Positions 19,330 through 27,034 of a stretch of 64,000 bases of DNA are shown here, piece after piece. A program made the position numbers and the translations under genes. The stretch is from an uncultured Gemmatimonadaceae bacterium (lineage in GTDB: Bacteria > Gemmatimonadota > Gemmatimonadetes > Gemmatimonadales > GWC2-71-9). How positions within the stretch are numbered: position 1 is the stretch's first letter; each line of letters opens with the position of its first letter. The stretch spans positions 11,037 to 75,036 of the forward strand of contig CAZQWQ010000046.1 of assembly GCA_964596925.1 (NCBI GenBank), read 5' to 3'. Under the pieces are notes generated by a model. That model was not told the DNA's origin. It did no database searches and saw only the letters and a list, made by a program, of their open reading frames with translations.

Positions 19330-19476
19330 CTATAGACAGGTCCCGTTGCTGTTTCTGTCGCACACCTGGGCGCGGATCTCCGAAGGGGGTTCCGGTGCCA
19401 TAGAATCGGCGCAGGCGGCGGTCAGGCCAACGAGAACGAGGACGAGAACCAGGAACGAGGGTGTGCGGCGCGACAT
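19330..19476 (-). CDS. Small lipopeptide precursor (48 aa), not in the ORF track
   Basis: RBS GGAGG 6 nt before ATG; MSRRTPSFLVLVLVLVGLTAAC (SPII signal, lipobox TAAC) + ADSMAPEPPSEIRAQVCDRNSNGTCL, TAG stop. Confidence 0.75.
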   Translation of the reverse strand: MSRRTPSFLVLVLVLVGLTAACADSMAPEPPSEIRAQVCDRNSNGTCL

Positions 19477-19532
19477 ACTGGCCTCCGGGAATGAGAGTAG
19501 ACGACGGAACTACGGGGAATAAGATCAAGGGT

Positions 19533-19552
19533 TTTTAGGGCAATTTTAGGGC
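19533..19552. promoter_or_regulatory. Tandem direct repeat TTTTAGGGC x2, 11-bp period
   Basis: Copies at 19533-19541 and 19544-19552 in the AT-rich divergent gap between the peptide gene and the AraC gene. Confidence 0.45.
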
Positions 19553-19588
19553 GTTATTGCGACAGGATAGAACGTTCTCGCGACAGCC

Positions 19589-20392
19589 ATGCTCGTCCTA
19601 GCAGCGGTTCCCGATACCCAGATCCAGCGACTGCGCCGCGCCGCGGCGGGCCGGTTCAGCTTCGTGCCAGCCCGGCGGTGGGGCGATGTCGTCGACCTCA
19701 TCTGCCGCCAGCCTATCGAGTTAGCGGTCGTGGACCCGTTCCTGTCGGGCGAGCCCAGCAGCCAGGAGATCGAGCGACTGCTGCTCCTGTTCCCATCCCT
19801 GCCGGTGCTGCTCTATACGATGTTCACGCCGGCCCTGGCGCCGGTGCTGCTGTCGCTCGGACGGCAGGGCGTGCGAGAAGTGGTTTTCTGCCGGCTCGAC
19901 GACCATCCGGACGCGCTCCGAGCAGCCCTCGAGCGCGCCCAGGCACGCGCCTGCTCGCAACGTCTCCTAGATGAGATAGCGACGGCATTCGCGCCGTTGC
20001 GATCCGAGATCCGCTGGGTTCTCGAAGCGGCCCTCCGCGCGCCCGAAGGGGTGCAGACCGTGGAGCAGCTCGCCGCCTCGGCCGGGGTGGGGCGGCGGAC
20101 CTGCGAGCGCTGGTTCATGCGCGCCTCGATGCCGAGCCCGCGTCATTTTCTCGCCGCCGCGCGAATCCTCTACGTGCACCGCCTGCTCCAAGATCCGGGG
20201 TTCACCGTGGAAGATGTCGCCAAGCGTCTCGGGTACTCACAGGTTCGGACGCTGCAGCAGCATGCACGGTTGTACCTGGGGTTGACGGCCGGAGAGATGC
20301 GGCTGTCCCTCACGCCCGACGCGGCGCTCCAGCTCGTCGTCAAGCGGTTTCTCACGCTGCCGCACACGACGTTCGAGGCGGAGGTGTCGTGA
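19589..20392 (+). CDS. AraC-family regulator with receiver-like N-terminal domain
   Basis: C-terminal double HTH (TVEQLAASAGVGRRTCERWF; VEDVAKRLGYS); N-terminal alpha/beta domain with LAVVDP but no beta1 acidic pair or beta5 Lys. Confidence 0.85.
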   Translation: MLVLAAVPDTQIQRLRRAAAGRFSFVPARRWGDVVDLICRQPIELAVVDPFLSGEPSSQEIERLLLLFPSLPVLLYTMFTPALAPVLLSLGRQGVREVVFCRLDDHPDALRAALERAQARACSQRLLDEIATAFAPLRSEIRWVLEAALRAPEGVQTVEQLAASAGVGRRTCERWFMRASMPSPRHFLAAARILYVHRLLQDPGFTVEDVAKRLGYSQVRTLQQHARLYLGLTAGEMRLSLTPDAALQLVVKRFLTLPHTTFEAEVS

Positions 20393-20411
20393 CCGCCGCC
20401 GTCGCCGCTGT

Positions 20412-21269
20412 GTGAGCGGCCCCGCCTCGCGACTCATCCACGTCTCCCACAGCCCGGACGCGGACGACGCGTTCATGTTCTGGGCTCTGGCAACGGGAAA
20501 AATCGACACCGCAGACCGACGCTACGTCCACGAGCTCGGCGATATCGAGTCGCTGAACCGGCGGGCGCTGGCGGGGGAGCTCGAGGTGACGGCGGTGTCG
20601 CTGCACGCCTATGCATACCTCTCCGAGCGCTACGCCCTGCTCGCACACGGCGCCAGCATCGGCGACCGCTACGGCCCCCGATTGGTCGCCCGGACGCCCG
20701 CTCCCACCGATCTCCGCCACGCCCTTGCCGGCCGCACTGTGGCCGTGCCCGGCGAGCTCACCACGGCCTATCTCGCCCTCAAGCTGTACCAGCCCGACAT
20801 CCGGCACGTCGTCGTGCCGTTCGACCAGATCGAGGACTACGTGGCGGCCGGACACGCCGAGGCCGGGCTGCTGATCCACGAGGGGCAACTCACCTTCGCG
20901 GATCGTGGGCTGCGCCTCTGGGTCGACCTGGGGGAGTGGTGGGACTCGGAAACCGGCCTTCCGCTGCCCCTGGGGGGCAACGTGGCGCGGCGCGACCTGG
21001 GCGCGGCGCTGCTCGTAGCGATCGCCCGAGACCTGAAGGCGAGCATCGAGTACGGCTTGGCGCACCGGGTAGAGGCCCTCGCCCACGCGCAAGCGTTCAG
21101 CCGTGGCCTCGATCCCTCCCGCACCGACCGTTTCGTCGGCATGTACGTCAACGATTTCACGGTCGACTTCGGTGAGCGCGGGCGCCGCGCCGTCCGGGAG
21201 CTGCTCGCACGCGGCGCTCGTGCCGGGCTATTGCCGCCACCGATAGCGTTGGAGTTCGTCGCCGCGTAA
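20412..21269 (+). CDS. mqnD: 1,4-dihydroxy-6-naphthoate synthase (futalosine menaquinone pathway)
   Basis: HSPDADDAFMF, DIESLN, LLIHEG, LPLPLGGN, FVGMYVN. Confidence 0.92.
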   Translation: MSGPASRLIHVSHSPDADDAFMFWALATGKIDTADRRYVHELGDIESLNRRALAGELEVTAVSLHAYAYLSERYALLAHGASIGDRYGPRLVARTPAPTDLRHALAGRTVAVPGELTTAYLALKLYQPDIRHVVVPFDQIEDYVAAGHAEAGLLIHEGQLTFADRGLRLWVDLGEWWDSETGLPLPLGGNVARRDLGAALLVAIARDLKASIEYGLAHRVEALAHAQAFSRGLDPSRTDRFVGMYVNDFTVDFGERGRRAVRELLARGARAGLLPPPIALEFVAA

Positions 21270-21301
21270 TTTGTCAGGCCTTCAACAGGGCCTGGTCGCG
21301 C

Positions 21302-22369
21302 GTGGTGGAGAGCAGCACTCCCGTCGCCGTGCTGGTGGTGGACGACGAAGAGCCGATTCGCAACGCCCTCAAGCGGTTTCTGACCGGGGAACACTTCACC
21401 GTGCATACGGCCGGCTCCGGCCCCGACGCCCTCGGGTTGCTGCGCCAGCACGACATTGGGCTGATGCTGTGTGACATCCGCATGCCGGGCATGAGCGGCG
21501 TGGACCTTGTGCCGCAGGCACTGGAGGTCGCTCCCGATCTCGCCATCGTGATGCTCTCGGCCGTCAACGACGCCACCACCGCCGCGCTGTGCATGCAACG
21601 CGGCGCGTTGGACTATCTCACCAAGCCCTTGGAGCTCGCTGACCTGGGGCGCGCCGTCCAACAGGCGCTGCGACGCCGGGCCAGCCAGGTCGAGAGTCGG
21701 CAGCTGGACGTGCACCTGAAGGAGGAATTCGCCGACAAGGCCGCCGACTGGGCGCGCGAGCGCGCTGAGGTGCATCGGGTCACTGTGGCGACCCTCGAGG
21801 CCCTAGTAAACGCGATGGAGGCGCGGGACCCGTATCTCCGCGGTCACTCCGCCAGGGTGGCTGATCTCTCTGCGACGATCGCCGCACAGCTCGGCTTGTC
21901 GGACGACGAGATCGAGCAGGTACGGCTCGCCGGCCGGCTGCACGACATCGGCAAGATTGGCACGCGTGAAGGGGTCATGAACAAGCAGGGTCCGCTCACG
22001 CCGGATGAATACGACCACGTGAAGCAGCACGTGATCATCGGGTCACAGATTCTCGCCCCACTCAAGCATCTAGGCCCCGTGCTCGGCGCCGTGCGAAGTC
22101 ACCACGAGCGCTGGGATGGCGCCGGCTACCCCGACGGGTTGCGCGGTGAGGAAATACCGATCTCCGCCCGCATTATCGGGGCCGCCGAGGTTTACGATGC
22201 GCTGAGCACGACCCGACCCTACCAGAACAAGCTGCCCACCGATCAGGCGGTGCGACGGATGGGAGAGCTCATCGAGACCGTGCTCGACCCCAAGGTCTTC
22301 ACCGCGTTGGCGGAGGTGGTGACCCGGCGGCGATCGCTGGTGTTCTTGGAAGGCGGCGACAGTCCGTAG
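21302..22369 (+). CDS. REC-HD-GYP response regulator, copy 2
   Basis: Same motifs as copy 1 (LHDIGK, HHERWDGAGYP); close paralog. Confidence 0.92.
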   Translation: MVESSTPVAVLVVDDEEPIRNALKRFLTGEHFTVHTAGSGPDALGLLRQHDIGLMLCDIRMPGMSGVDLVPQALEVAPDLAIVMLSAVNDATTAALCMQRGALDYLTKPLELADLGRAVQQALRRRASQVESRQLDVHLKEEFADKAADWARERAEVHRVTVATLEALVNAMEARDPYLRGHSARVADLSATIAAQLGLSDDEIEQVRLAGRLHDIGKIGTREGVMNKQGPLTPDEYDHVKQHVIIGSQILAPLKHLGPVLGAVRSHHERWDGAGYPDGLRGEEIPISARIIGAAEVYDALSTTRPYQNKLPTDQAVRRMGELIETVLDPKVFTALAEVVTRRRSLVFLEGGDSP

Positions 22370-22402
22370 AAAAACCAAACCCGGGGGCTTGCGCACCCCG
22401 GG
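22370..22402 (-). terminator. Rho-independent terminator (minus strand)
   Basis: 7-bp GC stem (22380-22386 / 22396-22402) followed on the minus strand by TTTGGTTTTT. Confidence 0.7.
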
Positions 22403-22589
22403 CTGGTGGGTCGGGCGAAGTGGCCGTCACACTTCCACCGCGACCGCTTCCTTCTATGTTCTCAGACGCCGATCTAACGCTCGCGTCTGCTGGATTGTTT
22501 CAACTGCCCCCGCCCCGCTCTCCTGCCCCCGTTCTGCGTTCACATCCTTAGATGCCCATCCCCCTGGAACGGTTGCAGCACCCCCCGGG
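22403..22589 (-). ncRNA. Candidate structured RNA or long 3' UTR, family unknown
   Basis: No credible ORF; hairpins CAGACGC/GCGTCTG (22463-22489) and GAAGTG/CACTTC (22417-22435) directly before the terminator. Confidence 0.25.
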
Positions 22590-23027
22590 TCAGCGGCGCT
22601 TCACCCGCCCCAGCCGCGAGGTGGTAATCGTTGCAAACTGAGACCCGCGGCGCAGCACGACCGTAGTGTTCGCCGGCCCCCACCCGATGCCGATGGGCCC
22701 GAACGTGAGGTTTGGGTTGGACACGCTCAGGGCGACCCCTGACTGCGCTGGTCCCGGCCAGCGGGCATACGGCTCCCATCCAGCGAGGCCCTCCCGATCG
22801 ACCCGCAGCGAGTCAGACGCGATGTGCAGTCGCGCGCGCGTCCCCTGCATCACGGCCGCGGCGCGAGCGACGGCGATCGCTGTGGTGACGTCACGCGCCG
22901 CCCCGTCGGTGGCGATCCAGTCGAACGCCGGGCCGAGACGTGGTACGACCAGCGCCGCGAGCAGCCCCGCCAAGGCGATGACTGCCACCATTTCTGCCAG
23001 CGTGAATCCTCTGCGCACGGTTACCAC
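22590..23027 (-). CDS. Prepilin-type N-terminal cleavage/methylation protein (FimT/GspH-like)
   Basis: RRGFTLAEMVAVIALAGLLA class III signal; start at GTG 23027 or 23018. Confidence 0.85.
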   Translation of the reverse strand: MVTVRRGFTLAEMVAVIALAGLLAALVVPRLGPAFDWIATDGAARDVTTAIAVARAAAVMQGTRARLHIASDSLRVDREGLAGWEPYARWPGPAQSGVALSVSNPNLTFGPIGIGWGPANTTVVLRRGSQFATITTSRLGRVKRR

Positions 23028-23173
23028 GATGCATCGGAGTCGACTGTCCGGTGTCACCGGAATCACGCGCCCGTGGGCGAAAAACCGCGTGCCGACACGC
23101 CTCCCGGCGCGGGCTAACCCCAGAGCGCTGGACGCGCTATGTTGGTGCCCTTGCTTTCGTCCGGGCCTACGTG

Positions 23174-23812
23174 ATGACCGCCGCACCGCAGCGCGATCCC
23201 CTCCATACCCTGCGAGAGTACCGCAATCTCGCGCCGTGGAACCTGCACGACCTGTCCGTGCTGGTCGGCGCCCTGCTACAAGCATCGGCGGTCACACCGA
23301 TCAACGCGGCGGCCCGCGCCACGCCCAGCCAGCGCACGATCCGCTTCTATGTGGCCCGGGGGCTCGTGTCCCCCCCTGAAGGCCGCGGCACCGCCGCGAC
23401 CTACACTTACCGGCACTTCCTCCAACTCCTGTGCATCAAGCTGCGGCAAATGGAGGGCACCACGCTCGCGGCGATCACGCGCGAAATGCAGGACCAGACG
23501 GGCGACGTGTTGGAGCGACGCGCGGCGCAGCAGCTGGGCCCCGCCATGCCACCGCCCGATCGGCTGACCCTGCGGGGCACGCAAGGGCTGCCCCGCGGGC
23601 GATCGGGGCGCGCGATCAGCTCCTGGCTGACCCGCGACGTGGAGCGCGAACCCGGCATGCCCACCAGCTGGCGGCGCATCCCGGTGGCGCGAGGGGTGGA
23701 GCTCCACCTCGACACCGACCACCCGCTCGCCCGTCTCGGCCCCGAGGAAGCGGGGGTGGCGGAAGTCGTGCGGCAGGCGCTGGCGAAACTGCTGCCACAG
23801 TGGCCCGCGTAG
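23174..23812 (+). CDS. MerR-family HTH regulator
   Basis: PSQRTIRFYVARGLVSPPEGRGTAATY; start moved to ATG 23174. Confidence 0.8.
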   Translation: MTAAPQRDPLHTLREYRNLAPWNLHDLSVLVGALLQASAVTPINAAARATPSQRTIRFYVARGLVSPPEGRGTAATYTYRHFLQLLCIKLRQMEGTTLAAITREMQDQTGDVLERRAAQQLGPAMPPPDRLTLRGTQGLPRGRSGRAISSWLTRDVEREPGMPTSWRRIPVARGVELHLDTDHPLARLGPEEAGVAEVVRQALAKLLPQWPA

Positions 23813-23862
23813 TATCCCCGCCGGCGCGCCCCGCCGGCTGTCTCTTCATCTAGGGAGTGACC

Positions 23863-24453
23863 ATGGGCGGTTCGTTGATTCTCCTGATTGTCCTGGCGGT
23901 CGTGGTCCTGTACGGGATCAGCGCGTACAACGGGCTGATCAACCTGAAGAACCAGACCCTCAATGCGTTCAAGCAAATTGACGTGCAGCTCAAGCGGCGA
24001 CACGACCTGATCCCGAATCTGGTGAGCGCCGTCAAAGGAGCCATGGATTTCGAGCGACAGACCCTCGAGGCCGTGATCCAGGCCCGCAACCAGGCGGTTG
24101 CCGCCGGCGCGAACGCGGGGCCCGGGGCCATGAAGCAGGTGGCGGCGGCCGAAAACCAGCTGTCGGCCGCGCTGTCGCGGTTCAACGTGGTGGTGGAACA
24201 GTACCCGCAGCTCAAAGCGACCGGCAACGTGATGCAGCTGCAGGAGGAGCTCACGTCGACCGAAAACCGGATCGGTTTCTCGCGCCAGGCCTACAACGAC
24301 ACGGCGACGCAGTACAACACCAAGCAGCAGCAGTTCCCGACCAACCTGTTTGCCGGGCTCGCGAAGGCCACGCCCGCCGAGTTGTGGGAGATCACCGACG
24401 AAGCGGAGCGGGCCGTGCCGCAGGTGGATCTCTCGATGAAGCCCAAGGCGTGA
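23863..24453 (+). CDS. lemA: LemA family protein
   Basis: YNGLINLKN...IDVQLKRRHDLIPNLV, EQYPQLKA, NTKQQQFP; RBS AGGGAG. Confidence 0.93.
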   Translation: MGGSLILLIVLAVVVLYGISAYNGLINLKNQTLNAFKQIDVQLKRRHDLIPNLVSAVKGAMDFERQTLEAVIQARNQAVAAGANAGPGAMKQVAAAENQLSAALSRFNVVVEQYPQLKATGNVMQLQEELTSTENRIGFSRQAYNDTATQYNTKQQQFPTNLFAGLAKATPAELWEITDEAERAVPQVDLSMKPKA

Positions 24454-25505
24454 CGGACGAAGCGGGACTCAATCTTTTTCAGCAACAAGAAGCCAATCGC
24501 CGGCGCACTATTTGGCTGGTGATTGGCTTCGTGCTGTTCTTCGCCTGGCTCGGGTTCGGCGGCGACCTCATCTACTACCTGGGAACGAAGGGCGCCGAGC
24601 CCGACGCGTATCGCCACACCTTCCCCTGGTTTGGCCTGTTGCTCACCGGGATCGGCGCCGGGATCGCGCGGTATGGCTTCTCGACCGGGCCCACCAAGGT
24701 GCTCTGGGCCACCGGCGCGACGGAGATCCTCGAGCCCACAACTGACAAGGAGCGGCAGCTGGTGAACGTCGTGGAGGAGATGGCGATCGCCGCCGGGCTC
24801 CCCCGCCCGCGTATCTGGATCGTGCCGGATGCCGACCCCAACGCATTCGCGACCGGGCTCGATGCGACGCACGCGCACATCGCCGTCACGCACGGGCTGC
24901 TCGATCTCTGCAGCCGCGACGAGCTGCAGGCGGTGATCGCCCACGAGCTGGGCCACGTGAAGAACCTCGATGTGCGTCTGATGACGACGCTCGCCGCGCT
25001 GGTCGGCGCCGTCGCCCTGATGCACGACGGAACCAGTCGCCTGTTGGGCCGCGGCCTTCGGCTGGGCGGCGGGAGAAGCGGGGGGGGCGGTTCGCGCGGC
25101 GGCAAGAAGGGTGGGCTCGGTCAGCTCGCCATCATCCTGCTCGTCCTCTGGATCCTCTCGTGGATCCTGGCGCCGCTGATCACGAGGCTCCTGGCAATGG
25201 CTGTGAGCCGCAAGCGGGAATACCTCGCCGACGCCATGGGCGCCCAGTTCACTCGCAATCCGATGGCCCTGGCGACGGCACTCCAGAAGATCGAGGGTGC
25301 CGAGTCGCCAACGAGCTCCATCAAACAGGGCGCCGCCCATCTGTGCATCGCCGATCCCCTGGGCCGCCGCACGAACCTGCGCGAGGGTCGTCTTTCCAAC
25401 TTCTTCGGCACCCATCCCCCGATGGCGGCCCGGATCGCGCGCCTCAAGGGCATGGCCTATCAGCGGCTGAAAACCGAGGAGGGGTGGTCGCCCGCGACTG
25501 GCTGA
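24450..25505 (+). CDS. htpX: M48 family zinc metalloprotease (HtpX-like)
   Basis: PNAFATG, HELGH, SRKREYLAD, THPP; GTGA overlap with lemA. Confidence 0.88.
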   Translation: MTDEAGLNLFQQQEANRRRTIWLVIGFVLFFAWLGFGGDLIYYLGTKGAEPDAYRHTFPWFGLLLTGIGAGIARYGFSTGPTKVLWATGATEILEPTTDKERQLVNVVEEMAIAAGLPRPRIWIVPDADPNAFATGLDATHAHIAVTHGLLDLCSRDELQAVIAHELGHVKNLDVRLMTTLAALVGAVALMHDGTSRLLGRGLRLGGGRSGGGGSRGGKKGGLGQLAIILLVLWILSWILAPLITRLLAMAVSRKREYLADAMGAQFTRNPMALATALQKIEGAESPTSSIKQGAAHLCIADPLGRRTNLREGRLSNFFGTHPPMAARIARLKGMAYQRLKTEEGWSPATG

Positions 25506-26950
25506 TCGCCGGCCTGCTCGTCGTCACGATCGGAAGCGGGGCGCTGTACCTCGCGCGCCACCAGCTGCGCCGGGCGGCGTTGCGCGCTGTCTACCAGTTC
25601 CGCACTCGCCTCGCCCGCTACCAGCTGCAGCAGCACCGGCTCGCCAAGGAGGTGTTGAACCGTGATGAGACCGTGGCGGCGGCCGTGCGCGCGCATGCCG
25701 CGGAGCACCAGGTCCCCGAGGGGCGCGTCTGGCGGCGCGTGAACGGATACATCGGCGAGATTGTACCGCACTTCAACGTCCTGTCGTACTACAAGCTCGG
25801 TTACAACCTGGCCAGGATCGTGCTCAACCTGCTTTACAAGGTGAGCGTCGATTACCAGGACGAGTCCGCCCTGAAGCGGCTCCCCCGGCGCGACGTCGTG
25901 ATCTACCTCATGAACCACCGCTCCAACGTCGACTACATCGTGGTCGCCTACGTCCTCGCCTACGGGGTCCAGGTGAGTTACGCGGTGGGCGAGTGGGCGC
26001 GGGTGTGGCCGCTGGAATACGTCTTCAAGTCGTTCGGCTCGTATTTCATCAGACGAAGGTTCAGGGAGCCTCTGTACCACGCCGTGCTGGAGCGGTACGT
26101 GCAGCTGATCACCAGGAACAGCGTCACCCAGGGGCTTTTTCCGGAAGGCCGGCTGAGCAGGGACGGCCGGCTCGGGCCACCCAAGCTGGGGCTGCTCGAC
26201 TACATCTGTCGCACCGTGCTCGACCCTGAGTTCACCCGGGACATCTGGTTCGTGCCGGTGGGCATGAATTTCGACCGGGTGCTCGAGGACCGCACGCTCA
26301 TCCGCGAGCTGATCGACGAGCGTGACCGGCCCGGCCGGCTCACCCAGCTTGGCGTCGTGCTGAGCTACGTCACGGGCAACGTGGTCCGCCTGCTCACGGG
26401 GCGGCTCAAACGCTACGGCCGCGCCGCCGTCACGTTCGGCACGCCCCTCTCGTTGCGACACTGGCTCACGAGCGTCCCCGCCGACATGCTGACCTGGCCC
26501 AAGGAATCGCGCCTCCCCCAACTCGAAAAACTCGCCAAGGAAATGCTGGAACGGATCGGGGCCATCATCCCGGTGACGCCGGTGCCGCTCGCCGCCGCGG
26601 CCCTGTTGTCATTCGAGCAGACGGTCGTCGGCCGGGACGCGTTACTCGAGCGCATGGATGAGCTCCGCGACCGCCTGCGAGACGTGAACGCCAAGGTCGT
26701 CCGCGGGGGCGCGCGCATCGAGGACGTCTGGGACCGGGCGTGGCGCATGCTGCGGTTGCGGCGTTTGGTGGTCCAGGATGGCGCAAGTCTCGTCATCCTG
26801 CCGCGCGGGCGACCACTGCTCGAATACTATGCCAACTCGATCGCCCACCTGGTGGCGATCCGCGGCCCGCGCCTGCCGTTTCACAAGGAGCATGACCGCC
26901 AAACCGACCTCCCAAAGCTGCGCACCCCGCCCCCGGCCACGCATGCGTAG
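25484..26950 (+). CDS. Glycerol-3-phosphate/lysophospholipid acyltransferase (PlsB-like)
   Basis: NHRSNVD (HX4D), FIRR, FPEGRLSRDG. Confidence 0.85.
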   Translation: MVARDWLIAGLLVVTIGSGALYLARHQLRRAALRAVYQFRTRLARYQLQQHRLAKEVLNRDETVAAAVRAHAAEHQVPEGRVWRRVNGYIGEIVPHFNVLSYYKLGYNLARIVLNLLYKVSVDYQDESALKRLPRRDVVIYLMNHRSNVDYIVVAYVLAYGVQVSYAVGEWARVWPLEYVFKSFGSYFIRRRFREPLYHAVLERYVQLITRNSVTQGLFPEGRLSRDGRLGPPKLGLLDYICRTVLDPEFTRDIWFVPVGMNFDRVLEDRTLIRELIDERDRPGRLTQLGVVLSYVTGNVVRLLTGRLKRYGRAAVTFGTPLSLRHWLTSVPADMLTWPKESRLPQLEKLAKEMLERIGAIIPVTPVPLAAAALLSFEQTVVGRDALLERMDELRDRLRDVNAKVVRGGARIEDVWDRAWRMLRLRRLVVQDGASLVILPRGRPLLEYYANSIAHLVAIRGPRLPFHKEHDRQTDLPKLRTPPPATHA

Positions 26951-27034
26951 CGACGAGCGCGCCGCACGCCACGCTCCGGACACGTATATTCCCCGTCCCG
27001 TGAGCCGCATCCTCGACCTCCCTTCCTTCCCGGA

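Noticed and set aside
19330-19476. RiPP precursor interpretation of the 48-aa peptide
   Set aside because: No radical SAM, LanM/LanB, YcaO or peptidase-ABC exporter nearby; the N-terminus is a lipoprotein signal, not a RiPP leader.
22440-22465. AGAAGGAAGCGG on the minus strand resembling SRP RNA helix 8
   Set aside because: The 5' half (TCAGGTCC) is missing. No tmRNA, RNase P or 6S hallmarks were recognised in this region either.
22447-22542. 29-codon minus-strand ORF VNAERG...RRLRT followed by TAG and KEAVAVEV (possible amber readthrough)
   Set aside because: RBS abuts the GTG, product is featureless, and there is no evidence for pyrrolysine machinery.
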